A stretch of 64,000 bases of DNA from Rhodosorus marinus CCMP1338 (Eukaryota; Plantae; Rhodophyta). The notes beneath the pieces are model-generated. The model made no database searches and was not told the origin of the DNA. It saw only the letters and a program-made list of their open reading frames with translations. Shown piece after piece: positions 13,694 to 23,340 of the stretch. Location of the stretch: assembly GCA_029953675.1 (NCBI GenBank), contig JAMWBK010000006.1:1922001-1986000 (forward strand), read 5' to 3'. Every line of letters starts with the position of its first letter. Position 1 is the stretch's first letter. The position numbers were made by a program, and so were the translations under genes.

Positions 13694-14358
13694 GACTACT
13701 TTTCAGAACTTGAAGAATCTCACCAGATCCTCCTGTTCGTCCCCATTGAAACGGATCCAAGACTTGCGGTTCCAGTCGTCCGCTTTGCTGCGTCATATTG
13801 ACAAATTGCCTAGCACGCCGAAACCCTCTCCAGGGGACCGAACAGGGTCGGTCCTCAAGTCCAGGCTTTCTAGTTGCAAGCACGTCACTTTATGAATTGA
13901 TGGAAGCTTTGGTGGTTAGGCAGACGCCGGGTTTTCTACGGGAGAGCTCTCGCTGAGATACCTCCTGAACACGCCCCTGGAGGAGTCTTGAGTGCCGGCA
14001 CCGGGGGGCAGAAGTGGGGACATGGAGGATGAGCATATTCTGCTGAGGCACGATAACCCAAGGTGGTTTCGTGAGTACTTAACGAAGTGAAAAGCTAGCT
14101 TTCTCAGGTGCTTGGGCGTGCGCTCCGAGGTCATTGCGCTAACTGAATGACGGTCTCAGAAAGGCGGAAAGAAAGCGCTTGGTAGTAATGTAAAAACTGC
14201 GCGGCTGCAGTGTGGGGATGGAAGCTGAAGGTAGCCAAATGAGTCATTGAGAGCAACGCAATCACTAAATCCAGGCCCAAGACAGACCCTGAGTTCAAAC
14301 ACCTGACAGACCAGCTTCTGCATCCGTTCGGCTTGTCAGTCAGATGGTAATCCCCTAC

Positions 14359-14409
14359 GTTGCTGGCATGAGGTTGCTGGCATGAGGTTGCTGGCAAGAG
14401 GTTACTGGC
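14359..14409. repeat. 14-bp tandem minisatellite (GTTGCTGGCATGAG, about 3.6 copies)
   Basis: Units at 14359, 14373, 14387 (one mismatch) and a partial unit at 14401. Confidence 0.9.
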
Positions 14410-15170
14410 CTTCGCGAGTGTCGCTAGTGAAAAAAGAGCACGCAGAGTCTAGGAAACCTTGATTATACTTCAGATGACACTGAGCCAGGTCGACAGAAAG
14501 CAAGAAGCAGCTAACGCCAGACACCACCCTACCAAACAACCCCTCCCCCTCCCCTTCCCTATCCACAGCATGTACTAACAGATATATAAAGGGGGTAAAA
14601 CCCCAATCTCTCCATAAAACAAATTTTACGAATATTTAAAACTTTTGACAAGCATTTCAGATATATGGGTTGAGCAGATTACCCCCCTGCACACGTTGAT
14701 TTGTCAATTCTACAAACAGGTACAGCTGTCCCGAATGAATAAGAAAATGGAGGAACATTTGTTTGAATATTGTGGCCAATAAAAAAGTAGTATTATTTAG
14801 ATGAAGAAACTTGGGATTTTTGATCGCATCAGCAGATGGATTCAAATGTTGTTTTTTGGAAAGGTTTGATCGAGGAGGGGCTATTGAGGAGGGGAAATGG
14901 ACTAAGAGGAGGATTCGAGCTCTGGATGTTTACGTTGAGAGGAGAGGGAGAGAGGAGAGAGAGAGAGAGAGAGAGGAGTAGGGAGGATCTGAGATCGGAA
15001 ATTGTAGCATTGGGGTGTTTATTATTCTGGGAGATGTTGGATTGAGAGTTTTGAGAAGAAGCCGTGCTTGTCTGTGAGGTTTTGTTTGGCGGGGAGGTGG
15101 GGGGTGGGGGGGGCGAGGGGGGGTGAGTTGTTTTTGGTTAATATTTGAGGGAGGCGGTGTGTTTGGTAAT

Positions 15171-16721
15171 ATGTCTGGACCTCCACCGCCGCCACCGCCG
15201 CCGCCGCCACCGCCACGGGGTGGAGGAGTGGGAGGGGCTCCGCCTCCTCTACAGCCACCACCTCCGGGAGCACTTGGGTCTGCGGGGGGATCTGCTGCGC
15301 CTCCGCCTCCACCTCCGCCGATGGCTTCTGGCGCTGGTATGAGATCGGCTCCAACTGCGCCGGCACCAGCGGCACCGCCACAACCGTCTTCTGGAATCTC
15401 TGCGCCTCCACCGCCGCCACCACCACCACCAGCGTCGAGGTCTGCTGCAGGAGCAGGATCTGCTGCGCCACCTCCGCCGCCACCTATACCGTCATTACCC
15501 TCGAGGCCATCTGCGCCGGTGGTTTCTGCCGCACCACCTCCGATACCACCACCACCATCGTCGAGGCCATCTGCTCAGGTGGTTTCTGCCGCACCACCTC
15601 CGCCGCCACCTCCACCATCGTCGAGGTCTGCTTCTGGACGAGAACCTGTTGCTGCTCCGCCGCCACCTCCGATGCCCAGTTCTGCAACGCAAGCTGCGCC
15701 AGGGATAAGAGCGATGGATGCACCCAGCGCTCCCCCGGTACCCGCAGCACCACTGTCGCGAGTTAAGTCGGACGCGCCCCCTCCTCCTCCTCCCCCGCCT
15801 CCTGCAGGAGTCTCCACTCCAGTTTCGATGGCTTCCGCAGCTGCAGAGGCGCCGCCGCCACCTCCTCCATGTGAAGCTCCTATGCCGCCGCCACCGCCTT
15901 TAGAGGAGGATTCGGGGATTTCGAAGGACACCACGCTGGAGCCCCCTACGCCGCTGCGTCCAGTCCAAGCCGCGCAACGTGCACCAGCCCAGCCATCGGC
16001 GGCTGCTCCGGTAAGCAAACTTTCAAAGCTTTCTTCGTGCACAACTGGACGCCACTAATTAACGCGCTTTATCTCCTTCGTATCTCTCGGTATGGCAAGC
16101 AGGCAGCTAACTACCTGCCACAAGGACTTGAAACGTAAGCACGCATTCACCAAGATGGTAGTTCACTGTCAAGAATCCGCTCCATCCCCTTGCTGACATG
16201 AGCGCTTGACCCTTTGCGTTCCGTATTTCCCAGACCCCAAGTATTCAGACCAGAGATGATGACTAGACCAAGCGGATCTACAACAGTAAAAGCGGAATTC
16301 GTCTGGGGCGATGGAGCAATGGATTCAGTTTCCGTTTGTGGCGCTTGGGACAACTGGAAGCCTGTGCCTTTGGCGAGCGAGGGTGGTGCGGTCCCTGCTT
16401 GTTTTCCTACTCGTTTCGCTGATCTCATCAACATTCACCCGCTAACGCATGAAAAACTTGTCTTTCGGAAGTCCAGATAACATGTGGTCTGTAGTCACCG
16501 TCGTACCCGCTGGGACATATGAATATCGTTTCCTTGTTGACGGAGAATGGAGATTCAGCTCGCGGCACCCGACAGTAGGAGAAGCCCCTGACCTTAACAA
16601 TATAAGAGTATTCCAAGCAGCCCCTCCCTCAATTCAGCAGCGGAAGGCGGTGGAAGAAGCACATGCAACGGCGCATGCACCGGAGACGAAGGAGGGATGT
16701 GCATGCTGTGTGATATCGTAG
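15171..16721 (+). CDS. Polyproline-rich protein with C-terminal CBM48 (AMPK-beta-type glycogen/starch-binding) domain and CaaX box; 4 exons (15171-16010, 16103-16134, 16234-16385, 16477-16721)
   Basis: About 280 aa of Pro-run repeats; AEFVWGDG..SVSVCGAWDNWK.VPL..|..WSVVTVVPAGTYEYRFLVDGEW; ends GCACCVIS*. Splice phases are consistent. Confidence 0.85.
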
Positions 16722-16912
16722 GGGTAGGATCCGTTGGTTGTCACCGCGAACGGCGTATATATTGAAATTAGTTGAGTTTTTGTGTTCCTTTTTACTTAAG
16801 AGAGAACAGCGTCTTCGTAATTTGTGAGAAGAAATCGGGGTTGCCATCGTTAGGATTTCCTCTCTGCTTTTTTGGGCCCTGCAGCCACTTCTTCCGTTGC
16901 TGCGATCGAGAA

Positions 16913-17829
16913 CTACTTGTCATCTTCATATACTGGGATTTGATTATGTCGCCACTGGTGCACCATACTTCTGCCGAAGGCCTGAAACTTTCGGACGTTT
17001 TCCTTCTCAGGCAATCTATCTTCAATTGTGTAGTGGAAACCTAAGAATTTTGAAGGACCGTGATATTGATGCTCTCCCTTCAGTTCAAAGAGGTCCTAGA
17101 AATCTATACGTTGTCATATGCTCCCTTGAAGATCTTACCGTTCCGAACAGCGTACTCTACAGCGGCTTCCTGCGTCGGAAAGGAGACGTTCAAATTTGTC
17201 AAAGGATCGCCAGTGCTCGTCCATCCCTGCCAAGGTACAACACGAGCGACGGAATCAGTTCCTTCGGTTCATTCATGAACCAACGAGTTTCCCTAGAGAT
17301 TTTTCCGATAAATAGTCGAGCAACTTTACCATCAACGGGTTAGTCCACCGGTCCACGTCGCCATCAGTTTTCTCGAATCTGAGATGCCATGTAGCATTTT
17401 TCGATTTCTTTCCCTGTTGCATTGCGGACCTGCACAATCGTTTTCATAGGACGTCAGGTCAGCAGAAAGGAAAACATCGAAGGAGAAAAGGCTCCACTAG
17501 CTCCCAAAAACTAGCGCTACTGGATGAGAGCGAGATAAAGCAAAAAAAAAACAAAACAGCACTGCATACCTGGCAGGCCTGTATATTCTGACATGCCGCG
17601 ATACGTGCTCATCCGGTGCTCCAGACAGCATGAATACCTTATTATGCGGATTCTCCTCTGCAGCCTCCGCAACTTCTCCCCTTCCTTCCTTCACCGCCGC
17701 GACCTCGCCCTGAACCTTAGAAGAAGACTTTAACGCACAAGACGAACCGTGAAACTCCCGCAGCACACTCCCACGGCCTCCCAAAGCGAGAGCCTTCCCT
17801 CTAAAAACCAAATTCCTCCACACAGACAT
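16913..17829 (-). CDS. NDUFS4: NADH:ubiquinone oxidoreductase 18-kDa subunit, 4 exons
   Basis: Mitochondrial presequence; RHVRIYRPAR|SAMQQG...WHLRFE...RWTNPLM|GWTSTGDPL..LNVSFPTQEAAVEYAVRN|GFHYTIE. Confidence 0.93.
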
Positions 17830-18947
17830 CGCTCTCAAAAAAAACAAGTTCAACCCCAAAATTTGCTCCAACAAGAGAATTGACGCTCTCTAAACCCCAC
17901 CGAAAAACCGCCTATGCTGAGTTCGTCTATGAATAGTAGTTCAGGAGCACTATACCCACTTCCTCAATGAAGCTAAGACTCCACCGGCCACCCCTCTCCA
18001 TTCCCAAGCTCCCATCCTCCGGGAGGGGCGATGTATACACCCCACTGTCCTCCTCAGACGAACCTTAACGTATAAAACTGGTTCTTTAGTACTCCCCTAT
18101 AAAACAACCACTAATTTTCTCATTAATCTTTGTATCAGAATATGCCCCCCTTTTCCAAATTCTATTTATTGTTTATTAGAATTTTTATTTTGATACTTGG
18201 TTTTGTAGGGGTGATTTGCTTTTTCTTGGTTTTAGCCTTTGATGGATTGGATAGGGGTGCAGGAAAATTTTGAATTGGATGAGATCGATGTGGGCAACGG
18301 ACGTGTTGGGGTTGTGAATGTCTTGCAAGATGCAGTAAGAATGGTGGAGTTGTAGATTCTCAAACATATTCGTACATGTTAGGAGGTGACGTTGGTTCTG
18401 ACCTGGGGTAGGGGTCTGTGATTTTGAAGAAGTTCCATGGATTGTCGTGACCCTTCCCCTCCCCTTCCCCCCCTCCCCCCTCTCTCCTGAAAGTTGCTGG
18501 TCTTTTACTAGAGATTTTGACCTTTTTCGTTGGACTATTGGGCGATTCACAAGTTTCCAGGTCATCCTGTATCATTGACGTAATCGGTAGTGAAACCTCA
18601 GAAAATTTCAGGGCAAGCCTCTTGGACTATGGATAGCTCCTCGCGCACGTAAAGGAGCAAGAAGGATCTGTATCCATCCCAGCTTCTCTTACAGATTTTC
18701 CCACCGGACTAACTGGTTCGCGTTTTCTGCTTTTTAGTTTCCCTTCGTGCAGGAATTTGACATTGGCCATCCGACGAGATAATTCTGCTCAAGATTGGTG
18801 CGCTGCGTTCTGTGGAAAGGCCAAATTGTTTCTGTCTCATTGTCCTATGCACTCTCGCACTCTTCAGAAATAAACTTTCACCCCCCAGGAAAAAGACTAT
18901 CCCAAGGAAACACGTATTAGAAATAATATCACCTAATCCTTGCTCCA

Positions 18948-19835
18948 TCATTCTTGCTGCAGTTCCTTGATAGATTTTCGGCAGCTCTTGTACTCATCCG
19001 CATAGTCGGTTTTCGCAGCTGCCTCAGTGACGAGCAACACACTTGTAGGTCTCTTCGTCAACGCTGCATTGCCCAACGATTCCTGCGAGCAAAAAAAGTC
19101 AGGCCAGTGGAACATGTCATGTCTTTCAGCATGGGAGTTGGTACGGAACAATTACGGTTGCTGATGGCGATTCACCTTGTATGGAACAAAGCAATAGGGG
19201 ATGCTGGCTTCCTCGCATGTCAACGGCAAATGCGCAATCACATCCACGGGGAAAACGTCACCCGCAAATACGCATATCCTAACAAGATTCAAGCACCATA
19301 TTTAAGCCGTCTACGTCCTACTGGAAACTCGATACAGTAAAGTGGAACTCGACATACCCTTTTTGGCCTTTTCGAATTGATTTTGCCACCTCCCTTATCC
19401 CTCGTCGTATGAGCTTTCCCTTCGCTGCTTTCTTAATCAACTCAAACACTTTGCTAACGACTTCAACATCCGCAAGCGCTGCAACAAACGACCGTATAAA
19501 AGGGCAAAAACGGAAAGAGTTAACCCTTAAGGCTCATTAATCAATACGAGATGAAATAAAAGAACATCCTCCACGCCAAAAAGGAAAGAAAGAAAGAAGC
19601 TAACTCAGGGGGTCCACTTACGAACAGCGATCGGTGAAAGGTGGCTCGCATCCACTGGCTTCGACGGTGTTTTATCAACAACCGCTTTCACCGGGGTCTC
19701 CCCGGATCCAACGCTCTTCTTCGACTTCTTCTTCTTCTTCTCTTCCCCGCCTTCAGACACCCTCTTCTTCTTCTCCCTTCCACCGTCCTCACCCTCAACG
19801 GATTTCTTCCTCTTCTTGTCACTCTTTTCACCCAT
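18948..19835 (-). CDS. NHP2: H/ACA RNP subunit Nhp2 (L7Ae family) with Lys-rich N-extension, multi-exon
   Basis: LSPIA|..LA....SKVFELIKKA..LIRRGIREVAKSIRKGQKG|ICVFAGDVFPVDVIAHLPLTCEEASIPYCFVPYK|ESLGNAALTKRPTSVLLV. Confidence 0.93.
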
Positions 19836-20734
19836 ACCGGCTTCTCAATTCACAAAAGTGCTAACTCAGCTCCTCCAAAATTCTCCTCAGACACAAATCC
19901 GATCACTCCAAACCATACCCCACAAGCTTCTAAGACCCATACTCGCCTTCATCAAACTGCACTCCAGACCATAGCCTTCTTCACCATAATGAATTCTCAT
20001 TTAATTAAAATATTTTCAATGAAAAATCCGTCATGGATGGCCGCGGTCGATGACCCTTTTTTACTCTTCAACAGCTTTCAGGGGCTTGGGGTTGGTGATG
20101 GTTTTGCTACTATAGGCAGCTTAGACACGCTCTGGCCAGGGATTTTGACGGATCGAAAATCGTGAGTTTGAGGCCACCAGGATATCCGGCGGCTATCTGT
20201 TATGTTCAGCAGCTCATCTCACCGTTATTCTACCAACCAGTTAGTTCGGACAGGAGCGGTTTGGACGATTGACTTTATCAAAGAGACCAGTGAGGGCTCT
20301 CTTGGAAATTGAACAATCCAGCTCGGCAGGTTACCGCGCTGCGCACGTCTTGGCGCATTGATTCCTATTCCGGCTTTGGATCCGACCAGGAAGAAACGGG
20401 TGTTACTCCAAGTCTTTTTTTTTTTTTTTTTGCGAGCAATGTAAGTCCGACAGCGTAGGTGCTCTGGACGATAAGCGCCGTGGTGCAGATGTTGAACACT
20501 CTGGACAGGCTGATGTACACCTCTCTGCAAACGTTTCCGCAGTGGAAAATCTTTTCGTACATTGCGACATCGAATGTGTTGTTCACTCGCTGTCAACGTG
20601 GAAGCGACGTAACGGTCAAGGGGCCTGCTTCGTGGAATGTTTGCGTTGCGAGGGATCGTTAGCTTGTTGATACCGACTTTGTTTGCTCTCTTCGAAGAAC
20701 TTTTCGGCCTGAGGTTGTTTGATAGGGCACAAAT

Positions 20735-21799
20735 ATGGCCGATAGCGATGTCGAACTGAAGAAGATTGGCTCGCGAACTTTCCGAATCCACCGAACATGG
20801 GCAGATAGGGAGGCCATCTCGCGAAGGTCCGTTGGCGGACGGACCGAAGGATCGCTGGATATTTTTGAGACGGTCGTGGAGCTAGATACTGAAATTTTGT
20901 CTGAAGACTTGTTAAAGAAGCTGGAGGAATCGACCGCGACGAGGATTGAGGCCAGACGGGGGAGTGTCACAATCTCTGGATCTTCTGGTGAAGCCGTTGA
21001 GGGGGCTAGGGAGGAGATTCGTCGACTGGCCGATGAGAAAAGGACTGGTAGAAAGGCGTCTCCATACACACACTTTGTAGTGATCCCAATGACAACGGGT
21101 TCCATACAGGTAAAGGGCGCAGAGATCCAGCAGCAGATCTTGGATGACTCTCTCGACAGTGTGAATGAGAGATGCCTGGAAAATCCCGAACGTTTTCGAT
21201 GCGTTTTATGCATGCTAAGGCTTCAGTCTCAGTCGGACTTGATGACAGCCAAGCTTGCCCTCCGCAAGGTATCCAGAGAGATGAAGGAAGTAGTCCGCGG
21301 TCGTGGTCTTCGATTGAAAGTGGGTGGTTTGGAGGTTCTCCCTGAAGGAAAGCCGAGGCAAGCCACGTCCCTGTACTGTGTTCTGAAAGAGGTCCAAACA
21401 CAGACCCAGGAGACTTTGCTGAATATCAGTAAGATCCTATACATGAGTCTTCAGGATGCTGGGATTCTAACCGAAGAGGACATGAGGAGGCAGAAGATCT
21501 TGGTGGATTCCGAGATCAGACCCTTGTGAGTATCTTTGAGACGTCTCACCCAACTTAGACACCTTCAAAGATCTAAAGTTGAGATTTCACATGTACTTAG
21601 GTTTTGCATGACTCTGCTAACTGCTCGTTCGGCTGGTGTTCAGAATCTTAACCTAAGCCTGGTTGTGGACAGAATGAGGTTCAGGGAGGTAGGAGAAGTT
21701 CTCGTGGAAGAAATACGGTTGGCTCGACTTGACCAAATAGACGAATCCGGGTTCTTTCGGTCAGAGTTAAGCATGCCGCTTGTAAGCATGCCCCGCTAA
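20735..21799 (+). CDS. ASCC1: ASCC1-like protein (degenerate KH + AKAP7/2H phosphoesterase fold), 2 exons (20735-21525, 21601-21799)
   Basis: N-terminal ELKKIGSRTFR; KKLEESTATRI...VTISG...AREEI; PYTHFVVIP; NPERFRCVLCML; LKVGGLEVL; second exon ...VGEVLVEEIRLARLDQIDESGFF resembles the ASCC1 C-terminus. Confidence 0.8.
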
Positions 21800-23340
21800 A
21801 CCCGCCCATGCGCTACCTGGTCGGGTGGCTTACAATCCTGGAATGGAAAATCTGGTCCGCAGTGGACACGCATCATCTGATCTGCTTCATGGAGACTTCT
21901 TTTTCGAGCAGAGTTTCTCGAACATCTTAGAACCTGAGCAGCCAATGGCGTTCCCGATCATCCGGATGAGCAGCCAGTCTTCGTCCCTTTGCGGGTGGAA
22001 ATCATCCTCGAGAGGGGTTATGAACCTCTGCCAAAGAGATTTGGGACAGGTCGGATTCTCCCCGCTTCGCAGTCGACACTTTGAGAAGCATCTCTTGCTC
22101 TCGAACCAGAAGAGCGAAGCCCTTCGCTCTTTCGCTTATGTAAATGCGAGCAATAGACCAACAAACTAACACAACATTGGCCTCCTGTAACCCCCAGCGA
22201 CCATCAACACCCCCGCTTCTCCCCCAATTTGAGAGGCAGATTTAGAATACTAAATACTTCGTAAAATGAGCAACAATATTATTAAATTCTTATTACTGCA
22301 CAAAATCCTCACACCCCGTACGCTCACCAACCAATTTATCATTGCACCCATACGCCAAATACGTCAACAATATTTCTAAAACTACAAAGCATAGACGCTA
22401 AACTAATATTAAAAAATAATATTATAAACGAACTAATAATTAGAAATTCTATATCTAGCCAAAAATGTTCTATAAAATGCCGATTGAGTCCCAACTATTC
22501 ATCGTCTTGATTGATTCTGTCGTTTGATTGATTGAAGCTTTGTTTTTGAAACAGTTTGGAACGAACCGGAGTTTTTTTTTCGGTGGTTGGTTTTCTTCCT
22601 TTTTGGTTTGTTGATGATGTGACGTCAATGATGACGAGCGGAGGGAGAGGACATTAGCGTTTAGGAAAAGGCTATAGATATATTGAAGGAAAGGGTGTTT
22701 GGGGGTGGGAAGGGGGAGGCAGGAAGAATTCGGTTAGGTTTGGAGGAGGAAAGGAATTTTTTTGTCTTTGGTAATTTGTCTTGTTTTGGTTTATTTGGTG
22801 TGTTGGGGAGGGGGAGGGCGGTGGGTTTGCTTGGTCTTTTGTTTTGCGAAAGGAAAAGGTTTGGGTTGTTTTCCGGGAAGTTTTTCTTGTGGAGGAAGAT
22901 GTTGATTAGGTTTGGAGGAAGAGGTAACAACTGCGTTTTTTAGGTTTTGGAGGGTGTTGAGGTTTACGTGGAGGACGGAAGGTATTGTGCTCTGGGTTCT
23001 GGTTTGTGTGCGAGCTCGGTGGTGGTTTGGCTGCGGTCAAGGACCGTATGATTGATATGACGTGTTGAGTGGTCCAGAGGCTTTCTTTGCGTGACCGGTG
23101 CTTAGATCGAATTGGAAGTGCGGATCGCGGAACAGGATCTCAGAGTGTGAGTGCTCGGCGATGGACGGGGGGGCATAGAATGGGTCTTCGTTGTTCAGTG
23201 TTCTCACAGTTCTTGAATTTCTGGGAATAACCGTGGGTTCCCCGTAGTAGCCGAGTGCTTTGGTGGGTCACACGGGTGAAGGAATAGGTTGTCGGTATTG
23301 TAATTTCTTTGTACATAAGGGAGTTTCGGGATAATCTCAG

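Noticed and set aside
15484-16042. Minus-strand Gly/Ala/Arg-rich ORFs
   Set aside because: Antisense shadows of the polyproline coding region.
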